Of a DNA stretch of 64,000 nt, positions 35,701 through 48,960 are shown one piece after another. Where the stretch lies: assembly GCA_963920595.1 (NCBI GenBank), contig OY986946.1, positions 9,672,001 through 9,736,000 on the forward strand, in the 5' to 3' direction. This DNA is from Eimeria praecox. Its lineage: Eukaryota. The first letter of the stretch is position 1; each line of letters opens with the position of its first letter. The position numbers were made by a program, and so were the translations under genes. A model generated the notes under the pieces. That model searched no databases. It had not been told where the DNA came from and saw only the letters and a program-made list of their open reading frames with translations.

Positions 35701-38700
35701 TCTCTCCCTTTCGTCTGCGGAGAACCACTGTGGGGCTGTGCCGATCATCGCAATACTTAATTAGTTGGGCTGCGCATGCTCGTGGTATGTTGGCGTCCTC
35801 GTTGGGGATTCACTGGAGGCGACGGTTGAGGCACGAGGTGCACTTGTGGCGTGCTACCTCGCCGATTTTGCAGAGGCGCTGAAAAAAGCATTTTCACGCG
35901 GAAAGACGCCTGGGTGCGTCAGCGGCGTCTCCTAAGGCGTGGTGTTACCGTCAGTAGCGGGACTGGTCAGTGTGGAGCTGCCTTCACGTCGGAATAGGCG
36001 GGGTTTAGCAGGCTAGCTGCAGCTTCACATGCGTCGTCAGGCACGCGCAAGTCTCAGAGGCAGGATTCACATGTGATGGAAAAGGCCGTGCGTGGGAATG
36101 TTATTCTGCTACCCCGGCGTCTCCGCAAGCAATCGATGACTCTTACGTTTGATGGGTGTGCCAAGCCCTGAGCTTGTTGCAATGCTTGCAGCTCAATATT
36201 GCGTGTGCCTTGTGTGGACACCGCTTCCTGTGAATGCTTCAACGTCAGCCCGAGTTGCGCTGGCCGACAAACGTTATAAACTATGAGGCGTCTGGGCTGC
36301 AGGACGCCACAAGGGTGTGCATGCGAAACTGTTGTGTAGCGTGGGCTGCGCAGAAACACGCAGAACATGAGGTATTGCCGGTGGATCTTGCAGGGCGGGA
36401 AGCTAGCCTGCCAGGGACTCTAACGAGGGGCGGTCGTTTTGTGCCAGTGTGTTGCTGCTTCAGCCAGTAAGCAGCCTGTGTGGGCGGATGCTTGTAATGC
36501 TGCTCACCAGTCCTCTGGGGAAGTGTTTTATGCAGCGCTGGCGGAATGTGTGGCTGTATTGCGAGGCGAGTATACCTGGGCATGCATCTGAAGACAGCCT
36601 TGTAGTATCCGCACATGATGTGTATCGCCAGGCAGTTTCCATCTCCCTGTGGGGTGGCAAGGCAGGCCTACATATGCAGATGTACGATGAGGAAGAGACG
36701 TTGGAGTGGATCTGTGGCATATGCGGCGCTTGAATTCGTTTGCGTGTAGCTAAGCTATGAGGGAGGCATGAACAGCGGATGCTGCTGCTTGTGGTTCGTT
36801 GATATTGCTCGAGATACTGTGCGTTGAAAGTAGGTGGAATTTAGTGCTTTGTACTGATACTCTATTCGAGTACACATTCGTAGCATCGGAAAGTGTTCGT
36901 AATACTTAAACAGTATAGGTAGAGTCAAAAGGGAAACATATAAGTCTGCATATACGTGATGCTTTCTGCAAGTCTGGAACATCTTTGGCTCTTGCTTGTC
37001 CTCCAAGAAGAACGGTTGTGAATGGACGTTCCTTGCAACCAGCTGCATTGCCCTCATTTTGGCTAGGTAAAGGCACGGTTTGCAAGATCTGGTTGAGCTC
37101 AGCCGTGCCTGTTGAGAACATACGCATTTTTGGGGGGGGAGTGAGCGGCCCCTCTTGTGCGAACATCATGGAGCTGTGCAGTTTACAGCAGCAGGTATAA
37201 TGCGGTTGTGGTGTGCAGAAGCCTTCTCTGCCATTGCCGTTGTGTGCTGCTCAACCAAACGAATGCGCGCATAGGGTGGAAACAGGCCTAGGGTTGCGCT
37301 GACTTCGGAGCAGACCCTCTGAGCTGGTGGACGGAAACTCTTAAGCATTTGTGCGATCTACTGTCAGAAAGGAGGCCTTATTTTGCTCATGTAGTGTAGG
37401 CCGTCGCGAGTGCTTGCTGATGCAAAGTAGGTGCTAGCTTCTCTGATGAACTACGCGATTGCTAGGGTGAGCAAACACACTCACACGACACGTGTTCAAC
37501 AGTTTCACCGCTGTTCAAAACGAGTCAGAGCTGCTGACTAAGACGGTTATTTTGCGCTTCGAGAATACGGATGGTAGCGAGTGCTGGTGGTGTGAGGATG
37601 CCGCGGTGGGGGTAAAAGTGTCCGCTGGACTAGTCAGTCCTCAGTCAAGGAGATGAATGCGACGCCTACAGTGGCTAGGGGCATGTACGTGGAAATTCTG
37701 CTCACTGGCGCACCGCTGTAGAGACGGAAAATGCAGTGTTCAGCATATCTGCCAACAGAGTGCATTCAATTCAAGTCCCTAGCGTTGAACTAGCTACAAA
37801 ATAGAAACGAAGAGCTTCGTACGGACTTAATGCAGCTTGTTCGCAACACACACTGGCCATCGCTTCCTAATGGAATACTGCGCAGCCTAGGGAAGCCATT
37901 AACGCGCGCCTTATTATGCATAACAAGAAATGCATGCTGTATGGATCACGTGCCGTTGGGTTTCGCATTACGCGTCGGCCTTCGCACTCAAAGTTTGTCA
38001 AATGCGTGTCCTGCTTGGTTTCAGGGCTATACTTTACGCTGATTGCGGTCTTACTTTGTCACCGAATGCCGAAGACATCCACACAGTCCGCTACCTCAGA
38101 GGTCCCGTACACTCGACTGCCAAGCGCGGCGGTATATGGTATATGGTGCGTGGTGGTTCTCTGTTATGAATAGCGTGCTGCGGAATTCGATATGCTGCCT
38201 AGCGGGCAGAGAGGAACGTTGAACTTCGCACCCGGCCACTCGTTGCTCTGCTTAGCTGGTGAGCGCGCCGCTCGGTCGAAAACCGGTGAACATGAAGAAC
38301 AGGCACCCATCAAAATAAGGCATGCCTTTTAACGGATGAATACCCAAATGAGCCTAAATTGGGGTGGTTCCTCACGCACGGCACTTCGCAGAAAGTGAGT
38401 CGGGCATCTAACCAACGCTGTGCGCAGGAATACTCATGAGATGACATTGAGCACATTAATGGCGTTATCTTTGACGTTGGGCGGCAATACGGCCGTTTGG
38501 GCGTTAAATCAAGTTGAGTTATGCAGAGAGTAGGCTTGTATTTCCTTGATGGGTTGAGCCTAATTGTGTGTAATTGTGTGCCTGTTGGGCAAGGCGCGGG
38601 CATGGCTATACAATCCGCTGATCAGATTTCGAGAGCTTTCTGCCTTCTCCCCACTGTGATTTGTGGTTAGTGTAGGTACTTGGAAGCTAAGCCGCACTGC

Positions 38701-41700
38701 AAGACGCTCCACCTCATCCCTTGGTAATGATGGAGCATTCAGTGAATGCAGCATGAGGTCACCGCATTCGTGCCGAAATTGCATTAGGCGGAGGCATGCA
38801 TGCCCTGCGCGTGCAGCACTGAATTTCGATAAGGCTACCACCTTTCAGGTGGGGGGTGTGCACAACGTAGACAGGGCAGGCAAAACGAGAGTCTGCTTTT
38901 TCAAGCACTGGCGTAAACCAGACGGTACGCTGAAGAAGCAGCTGGAGCACACAAACTATATTTCATAAATCGGTGGCGGAGAGTTGTAGGCATTTTAACG
39001 AGGTAGCATTTATCTGGTGTCCCTTAAGGAAAATCGTGCACCCTTGCTGCTGGCGATTGACGCTTTTGGAAGCGTCGCTCCAATTCCACGCTGGGTTGCA
39101 GAAACGCAACAATGGCCAAGGAGCTACCTTAGCTCAGCCAAACGCTATTTTGTCCAGGGCGTACGCAACTGATATTTATACAAAGGTTGCGGAAGCGTAC
39201 ACACACAGTATCGCTGAAACGCAACAATGAACAGTAACTTTGCAGTAGCCAGCAGCATTCCTCTTGTTTAAACCGCTGAATATGCGTCGCAGAGCGTGAG
39301 TGCATTTCCTCACACGCAACGTTCAGCAATCGGCTTGGTACCAATTTGACAAGGCAGCCTGGACAGTTGCTAGGTCACGTCGGGGCGTGCACACTTATAT
39401 ATGGTGCATGCCTCGCTACACGCCATGACAAGCATTAGGAATAGGATAAGACTAACGCAAGGGGTTGATGCCGATCCTACTGCGAATGCTTGCATCAAAG
39501 CATCGTGCTTGTGTCATGAAGGGAAACACCATGATGGTAACAAGTGATTAATGTGCTCTTTCCTGTGTTGCTGGCAGGTGGTACGCCTGGCGGCATCGAG
39601 GCATCGAGTTATGCAGCTACTGCTCCGCGGAGCCGAAAACCCTGATTCTGTTCTGGTGAATTTACCGATCCCCTTGCATTTGCTGCATGCGCTTAAAAGA
39701 CGGTGAGGTTAACGTCTTGCAGATATGTGAAGTCGCTTGTACAGATGTTTATGGCTACATAGTTAGTGGCACCGAAGCCAAGCACTTTCATATTCAGCAA
39801 ATAACCGGCCGCTATTAACAGGCATTTTGCGGAGGTGTGCACATGCAGCATCCATGGAAGGCAGCAATGTAGTAACTTAGCCAGCACCATTCCTCTTGTA
39901 TAAATCGCTGAATTTACGTCGCAGAGCGTGAGTGCATTTCCTTACACGCAACGTTCAGCAGTCGGCTTGGTACCAAATTGGCAAGGCAGCTTGGACAGTT
40001 CCTGGGTCACGTCGGGGCGTGCACACTTATATATAGTGCATGCCTCGCTACAGGCCCTGAGAAGCATCAGGAATAGGGTAAGACTAACGCAAGGGGTTTA
40101 TGCCGATCCTACTGCGAATGCCTGCATCTAAGCATCGCGCTTGTGTCATTAAGGGGAACGCCATGATGCTAACAAGTGATTAATGTCCTCTTTCCTGTGT
40201 TGCTGGCAGCTTGTACGCCTGGCGGCATCGAGGCATCGAGTTATGCAGCTACTGTTGCGTGGAGCCGAAAACTCTGACTCTATTCTGGTGAATTTACCGA
40301 TCCCCATACACTTGCTGCATGCGCTTAAAAGATGGTGAGGTTAACGTCTTGCAGAGATGTGCATCCACATGTGCAGACATTTGTAACTACATAGTTCGTG
40401 GTGGTGATGCCAAAAAGGGCGTGGCTGTTCGGCCACATTGGCCTGCGCAGCTCAATGGAATTTGACACCGCAGGGCGTAGGTCTGTGAGGTTATTAAGAG
40501 GGTCCTGAGGCGTCCCTGTTGACTAGGAGCAGTGCATCGCAGCGCTGCTCTGTTTTCATCCGTGGTGTGGGGGTAGACCGGCCAGGGCTGCAGAATCGAT
40601 TGCGCCATAAATTAGTGCAGCTGCAAGTGCGACTGCAACGAACGCAGGTGGACAAAAAAGGAACAATGCTAACCGCTGATTTGGCAATGAGGAAGAAATA
40701 CCGCCTCGGGCGACTACCCTGAGTTGCTCTGCTCAGATGGTGAGTCATGCAGTTAGCACAAAATATGGTTAATTTCGAAGGAATTGGCATGCAAGAGTCC
40801 TGCCTGGTGATGCTGGAACTGCACGCAGTCCCCGCAGATATTTGCCGGGCCGCGGAAGAGTCACCTGCAACCGCTTGAAGGAACGAAGCTGAAACTGTGA
40901 ATGCCATTCAGTGGAATTGTGTAACTCCTAAGCCTGCGTATTTGGCTGTACAGTTGGTGACTGCCGGCCATTTGAAAGAATGACGCTTCTGCACACGCAT
41001 TGCTCAACCCACTCAATACAATAGGGTGGCGCATTCTTACCTGACCCGATAGAGTGAATCATGTTTTCTTCTTCCAGTCTAGCTTTTACGGATCCGTGCG
41101 TAGTTGCCAGCTTGGCGTCTTATCCCCCGTTGGAAATGCCATTGACTAGTTCTGCGCGCCCCTGTAACCGCAGGTGGCCGTTGATGCATAAACAAGCACT
41201 TGCCGGAGACCATATATTTATTTAAAGATGCGTGACAGTAAAAGAAGTCCCCCGTTATTTAGGCGAGCATTCGTTGTTCCGGTGTATTTTGGCTTTAGCA
41301 GCGGCCGAGCCTAGTGGTAAAGTAACGGAAAGTCATGCGGTAGTATTTGTAACCTCCAGGACAGTGCCTATCGCCAATGTAAAGGCGGAGGCTGGCCTCC
41401 CGTCATAGGTATGACGCGGGTGGTGCTGATACTTTGTAGTTTGTGCGTTTGCTATACGGGTGGTGATTGCTTCACCACTAGAGCACCGACTTAGCAGCAG
41501 CTCTCAGGATTTAGACAAGGAACAAAGAGGGAGCTGCGTTCCTTTGTTAACAGGCCGTTGTGTCCAGCAAGCATGGCAAAAAATCAATGGCACAGCAGCC
41601 GCTAGGGCAACAATTAAAGTAATACCTTGAAGGTAATGAGTGCACTTGGCAGCCTTCATAAACATGCATACACAATATGAATATTTGGTGCGCAGGTTTT

Positions 41701-42651
41701 TTATATGGCGCCGAGGCTGAACTTGAGCGGCTACGGCGAAGCAAAAGTATTTGTCCCGCAGAGTGTTTGCGCATCTTGACATTTATTGGAGAGTATGCTG
41801 AGCCTATGCCTCTAGTTACTAATGCCACTGTGACAGGGTTATACGTCAGCGTGCACTCTCATGGAATAGCCAGACAATGACCCCATTAGTTTTTCTTAAG
41901 TACCATGCGCAGGAGCTAACTCATGCCGCACGCATGCCATGCCAAACGTGTCAGCGCGGACCATGACGGCATTGGACAAAGCGTTAAGAGTATCCGCGGT
42001 TATTCGTTCTTGCAGCTGTGCAACCGGGAAGGCAAAGTATAACTTTGCGGTGACAGAACCAGCGTGTGTATGGGAAAGGATGTGGGAACGCTTGGGTTGA
42101 GGAACGCAACACCAAAGGGGCGTCCGCAAAAGCCGGCATGGGCGTTGGGAGCCGCCGGGCATTGCGCATTTTCCGTCTGAGGTACGGCTTTATCCACACC
42201 AGGAAAAGCAAGTAAGCAGGCATTGCTAGTGATGGATTCGGAAATTATTTACTGGGCATCGGGCTGCGAATACAACCAAGCCTTTGAACCCACTCACCTA
42301 TTTCGTACGCCCTATGAATCCATATGAGCAGCTACGCTTGCAGGGGCCTGGAACAGTGAAGTGCCTGTATACATAGGGCAGGACCGGAGCAGCATCAGCC
42401 TTTCATCCTGAAGTGTTATGTGGAAGTGCAACTAGGGCTATATCAGCAGTAAGCTTCTAGCTATTCCTTTAATAATTGTAGGATGGCGTGAGTGAGTTGC
42501 TGGAGCCTTAGTCCCGGTACGCAATGTGGTAAAATACGGGCGCAGCACCTATTGCAATGTTTACGCCACCTGGTCCGGGGCTCTGCGTGTACGGGCGGGC
42601 CTTCATATCGTGAGTAATAATTCACCATTGTGTCCGCCCCTCAGTGCTGGC

Positions 42652-42713
42652 AGATAGGTATTGGTTTGCTGTCGCCCCCCCCATAGACACCGACGGCAAA
42701 CCAATACCTATCT
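42652..42713. other. Inverted repeat/hairpin, 23-bp stem and 16-nt loop (HOR2 copy)
   Basis: Arms agataggtattggtttgctgtcg and cgacggcaaaccaatacctatct give 22 Watson-Crick pairs and 1 G-T pair. Confidence 0.95.
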
Positions 42714-43119
42714 AGCGGTGCTCCGTGCGGTCTCTAGCAATCCATATGGGCGCACAGGGTTTGTGCGCACTCTCCGTGCGAGGCGCTGCTGTGAATCTGC
42801 GTTGGCAAAACGGAACGGGTATTTAATTAGCTGGCAGTAAAACCCCGCTGCGGTGCACCGAGCTCTTCTTGTATTCCAAGGACGCGCTGATGCCTCCACT
42901 CATTTGAACTTGACAGTCTTCGCGATGCCGCGAGGGAAGAAGGGAGCCGTCTGAGCAGCAATTGTGAGATATGCTTGCGCACGCACTTACGCAGGGCTGG
43001 CGTTGAACGCCAAATTTATCATGTGCCCGGTGAAGGTAGATATACTGCGCATTAACGTGCAAACGTATATGCAGAAGGAAATGCGCACACGGAAATGGCG
43101 CACGAAATATTTCTGGCAT

Positions 43120-46100
43120 CTCTGATAATATTGAGAGTTTGGGGCCGCATAATGTGCATTTGGTGAAGACGGCCTGTCATCATAGGTCGCTTTATTGAAT
43201 AAATAGGGCTGTGCCTGTGCAGGGTTGTAGTAGCCGGGAATAATGCGTGTAGTTTCCTCGATGCGGGAGATGTGCGGCCCAAATCACTGCTCTACGTGTA
43301 CATCCGTGAGTGCACGTGCAAGGTTATGTTCGGCCAAAATTTGCGCAATTTGACCTCGGTCAAAATTATTCTCTTGGGCGCATTCACAGGTGCTGGTCAT
43401 ACCGTACGTATTAGCTGGATCGGTGCCTTTCGCTGGAACTCCGTACCGTTTGCACCTGCACCTTCTGCTAACGATACCCTCAGGGGCATTATGAAGGGCC
43501 GTGAATTCTTCGCAAACGTCTGGTTGAGGCGCACGTTGCTCGCTTGTAACGGATGTGTACTCCGCCTGCGAATATCTGCAGAGGGGACTCGGCAACGCAT
43601 CCCATCTTTAGCTACGGACGCGCGGCAGAGCATCATTAGGTTTGCAATATCATGCTGTTCGGTTCAGCCAGTATGTTTATTCACCATTTTGGAAGGTGCT
43701 TTGGCCGGAGCAGGAAGCATTGTGAAGAGGCCATTTGAAGCAGGTTGGTGGTTGGACGCGCCTGCACACTGCGGCCTGTTGATCTGCACACATTTAGTTG
43801 CCTGCCTAGTTTGCAGGTAGGCACCATGATGATTGCGTGTTTGTAGAGTGCATACGGGAACGCGAAGATGGCAAGGGGGCATGGAATCATTTCGTTATGG
43901 CGGTGCATGTCTGTGATATTGCTGACGGCGAGGGATTGGGATTGGGGCGCCTTGATGTGCATTTGTTGAATGAGCTCTGTTACCAAGCGTTGTTTCACTG
44001 ACTAGATAGGGCAGTATCTGTGCAGTGTTGTGCTAGCCAGGAATGACAGTTGAGGCATTTGAGGTTTCTGCTATGCGTGGAATGGCGGTGCGCGCTGTGT
44101 GTGTCACGCTGCGGGCTAGAGTACTGCTGTGCATGGAGTTGTCTCAGAGTACTCGCAAAGGACTTTGTTTGTTGTTATCGGTCGAGATGATTTGTTCACG
44201 CGTGCTGGTAGGTGGTAACAAGGGCATGAATATTTGGCGGATCTATGCCTCCGGCTGGAGGGGTTTCGTGCCTTCCGCAACAGCAAGGATGTGCTAGATC
44301 GAGATGCATGATAAAGCGCCGCGAACTGGTCGCTCTCCCTTGCGCCCTTCGTGATGGTCATCAACAAGCATGCGGACGGTTCCAAAACCTTACCTGCTGA
44401 ATAGGGCTGTTTTTTGTGCTGTTGCGAAGCATGAAACTGTTGGACTACTGCAAGAAAAGATCACGTTGTATACGTTTAACGGCATGTATTTCGTGTGTGC
44501 CTATCTCCAGATGCAGTGCAGGAAACACGCCCTCTCTTTCACAATCTCACCCTGCTCGACTCAGGTTGTATGTCCATCCTCATAGACTGGCGCCGGGGGG
44601 GCCAGCATTAAGCATTAATTGTATCTTGTGGATAAAATGCGCATGGCGGCACGCCCCCGATCAACTCGAGTGTTCAGTGTGCAGACAGTCATTCGCCTGC
44701 CCGGTTTGAAAGTAGGCAGCAAGATGCCTGCTTGTTGGTAGAGTGCATACGGGAACGGGGAGATGGCAAGGGGGCATGGAATCATTTCGTTATGGCGGTG
44801 CATGTCTGTGATATTGCTGACGGCGAGGGATTGGGGCGCCTTGATGTGCATTTGTTGAATGAGTTCTGTTACCAAGCGTTGTTTCACTGACTAGACAGGG
44901 CAGTATCTGTGCAGTGTTGTGCTAGCCAGGAGTGACAGTTGAGGCATTTGAGGTTTCTGCTATGCGTGGAATGGCGGTGCGCGCTGTGTGTGTCACGCTG
45001 CGGGCTAGAGTACTGCTGTGCATGGAGTTGTCTCAGAGTACTCGCAAAGGACTTTGTTTGTTGTTATCGGTCGAGATGATTTGTTCACGCGTGCTGGTAG
45101 GTGGTAACAAGGGCATGAATATTTGGCGGATCTATGCCGCTGGCTGGAAGTGTTTCGTAACACCTGCAGCGCCTCCTTGTGCTAGAGCGAGATGCATGAT
45201 AAAGCGCTGCGAACTGGTCGCTCTCCCTTGCGCCCTTCGCGATAATCATCAACAAGCATGCGGACGGCTCCAAATCCTTACCTGTTGAATAGAACGTCTT
45301 GCTGCAACTGGCAAGGGTGAAATTCTTGGGCTGCCGTAGCAAGCGGTTGGCCACGGCGCCCGCTGTATACGTTTAACAGCAAATATTTTGTGTGCGCCTA
45401 TCTGCAGACGCAGTGCAACATCGCCTCCCCTTTTTTGCAGGCTCACGGGTCTCGGCTCAGATGGTATGCCCCGTCCTGCCAGCGCTTGGCAGGGAGTTCT
45501 CCAGCCAGTTGAAAACATTAATACACCCAGTGGAGAGCAGGCTCACAAGCGACTGCCATCCGCACCTGAACTGTGGAAGAATCCAAGCTGATAGGTAGTT
45601 AGCGCAGGTGCTTGTTACTGTCATTGGCCAAGGCGGTTTGATTGCAATGCTGTAACTAAGGGGTAGTTGAAGAGAAAATGCTGCTTAATATTAGTGGATT
45701 TGTATTTTGTGTGTGCCTCTCTGTAGATGCGGCGCGGTAGCATGCTCACCTTTTTGAAACCTCACGCTGCCCGTCTCAGACAGTATGCATCGAGCTTACT
45801 CATCTGTTTGGGATGTGTTCCGGGAGCACCTATCTGTATGCAGTGCTGCAACGCCTGCTCTTTTGCGCAGCATCATGCTTCTCGGCGCACAGATGGTTTG
45901 ACCCTTCTTTGTGCCAACGCTTGGCAGGGAGTTTCGCGGGCAGTGGAAAGCCTAAATCACAGCAAGTGGAAAGCATACTCACACGACGCGGCCATCCTCA
46001 CTTGAACCGTGGAAGGATCCAAGTTGATAGGTAGTTTGTGCAGCTGCTTGTTGCTCTCATTGGCTAAGACGGTTTGATGGCAATGCCGTAAATAAGGAGT

Positions 46101-48960
46101 GATTGAGGAGAATGCTGCTTACTTTTAATGGATCTGTAATTTGTGTGTGCCTCTCTGTAGATGCGGCGCGGTAGCACATTCTCCTTTTTCAAACCTCTTG
46201 CTGCTTGTCTCAGACAGTATGCATCGAGCTTACCCAGTTGGCTGGGGTGTGCTTCAGAGGGCACCTACCTGCAGATGCACTACAGTATCCCCTCCTCTTT
46301 TTCTCAATCTCACGCTTCTCTGCCCAGGCGGTATGCCCCGTCTCTAAGCAAACCCTTGGCAGGGAGGTTCGCGGGGCAGTGGAAAGCCTAAATCACAGCG
46401 AGTGGAACGCATGCTCACACGCCGCGGCCATCCTCACCTGAACTGTGGGCAAATCCAAAGTAGATAGGCAGTCAGCGCAGCTGCTTGTTGGTGCCATTGC
46501 CGAACTTGGTTTGATTGCAGTGCCATACTTCAGGGCTATTTAAGGAGAATACTGCATTTATTTAATGGGGTTGTATTTTGCCCGAACCTATTAGGTTTGT
46601 ATCCGTTTGTATTTGTTTGTTTTGTGCTTTTCGTTGGCCTGTTTCGTGACACCTGCGCCGCCCACAAATGCTAGGCCGAGATACATAATAAAGGGTCGCG
46701 AGCTCGTCGTTTGTCATCCGACCCTAACAGGAACAACCAGCGACTATAACGCATGCCAGTGCACATCCATGAGTAATGAATGCAGCCGCTCGCTGCCGCC
46801 ATTGAGAAGCGCGGAAACATCGCATTGCCGTAGCACGCAGGCAGATAGGGCGCACTTTGCTACGGGTAACGCGTACTTGCTCCATGTGCATCTATCTTTA
46901 GATGCGACGCTGTAGCGCGTCATTCGGTTTGCAATATCATGCTGTTCGGTTCAGCCAGTATGTTTATTCACCATTTTGGAAGGTGCTTTGGCCGGAGCAG
47001 GAAGCATTGTGAAGAGGCCATTTGAAGCAGGTTGGTGGTTGGACGCGCCTGCACACTGCGGCCTGTTGATCTGCACACATTTAGTTGCCTGCCTAGTTTG
47101 CAGGTAGGCACCATGATGGTTGCGTGTTTGTAGAGTGCATACGGGAACGCGAAGATGGCAAGGGGGCATGGAATCATTTCGTTATGGCGGTGCATGTCTG
47201 TGATATTGCTGACGGCGAGGGATTGGGATTGGGGCGCCTTGATGTGCATTTGTTGAATGAGTTCTGTTACCAAGCGTTGTTTCACTGACTAGACAGGGCA
47301 GTATCTGTGCAGTGTTGTGCTAGCCAGGAGTGACAGTTGAGGCATTTGAGGTTTCTGCTATGCTTGGAATGGCGGTGCGCGCTGTGTGTCAAGCTGCGGG
47401 CTAGAGTACTGCTGTGCATGGAGTTGTCTCAGAGTACTCGCTAAGCGACGATTCGGGTAGGGCGTTTGCTTGTCGGAATCGGCTTAAGTGGTGTGGTTAG
47501 GCGCAGTGCCAGATAATAACGGTGACATCAGTAGTTAGTTGATCTGCACCTCCGGCTGGAGGGGTTTCGTGCCTTCCGCAAGAACAGGATGTGCTAGAGT
47601 GAGATGCATGATGAGTGCGGCGGGTGGTCGGTCTGCCACTCGATCATCACATGAGAAGCTCTTCAGCAACTCAAACCAGAAGGACTGATTATTGATCCGT
47701 AGCCAAGAGCGCTGCTTGTTGGTGCCACTGACAAACGCGAATTGATTGCATTGCCCCTAGCAAAAGTGTGGCTGGCGCCCGTCATATTAACGTTTAACGG
47801 GTATGTATCTCATATGCACCTACGTGTGGGTGGTGCGCTCCAACGCTTCCTTCGTTTTGCAATCGCACGCTTTCCTCCCTAGCGAGTATGCCCCTAGTTT
47901 CCAGGACTCGACCCTAGGGCAGCATAAGGCGTTGGGCGAATGCAGGTGGTGCTAGTGTTTTTTTTAGTCGATGCGTCTGTGCATCTGATTGGAATTGCTT
48001 CGTGACACCTGCAGAGCCAACACGTGATATAGCGAGGCGCGTGATAAAGGGTCGCGCCTTCTCAATGCGCCCCACGATCCCCACATGGGAACCTCACCCT
48101 AGAAACCAGGCCACTCCAAATCGATTCCTAGTCAATACAGCGGTTGCTGCTGCCATTAATCAGCCTGAAACAATCGGACGGCAATAGCAAAGTGGTAGAT
48201 AAGCTGCACAATGCTTGCATTTAATGCTATGCATTTCATGTGCCCTCATCTACACACGGGGTGGCCCAGCGCGTTCTTCGTTCTGTTCTCACACGCTTTT
48301 CGGCTCAGCCAGTATGTAACGAGTTTATCCAACAATCTGCGAGATGTTTTGAGGGCAGCAGGAAGCACTGCGAACAGCCCATGTGAAGCACGCTGATGGC
48401 GGGACGCGCCTGATCATTGCGACCGGTTGGTATGCACACATTTAGTTGCCTGCCTAGTTTGCAAGTAGGCAACAAGATGCATGCGTGCTTGTAGACTGTA
48501 GCGGGCAACATCTACATAATAGTGGAATCCTTTGGCTGTGGGAGTGCGTGTCTGTGATATTGCTGACGGCGAGGGATTGGGATTGGGGCGCCTTGATGTG
48601 CTTTTGTTGAATGGGTCCTGCCACCAAGCGTTGTTTCACTGACTTGATAGGGCAGTGTCTGTGCAGGGCTGTGCTAGGCAGGAGTGGCGGGCCAATTTGG
48701 GAGGAAGCGTGGAATGGCGGCGCGCGGTGAGGGCGTCATGGTGCTGGCTGGAGTAGTGTCTTGCATGCACATGCCTGAGCGCCCTCGGAACGCGGTGTTT
48801 GGGGGTGATATTTTTGTTTGTTGGAGTGTGTCCAACTGGTGTGTCCACGCGCCGTGCTAGGTAGCAACTGTTACATTAGTAGTTGGCGGACTTGTGCCTC
48901 GGGCAAGAACTGCTTCGAAACAGCTGCAGCATCCACAAGTAATACAACGGGCGATAAAAG
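43120..48960. repeat. HOR2 version of the E/F modular family, rearranged and about 2 kb shorter
   Basis: About 45100-48960 is collinear with about 17820-21660. About 43640-45100 consists mainly of extra copies of the 19640-20150-type unit. Confidence 0.87.
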
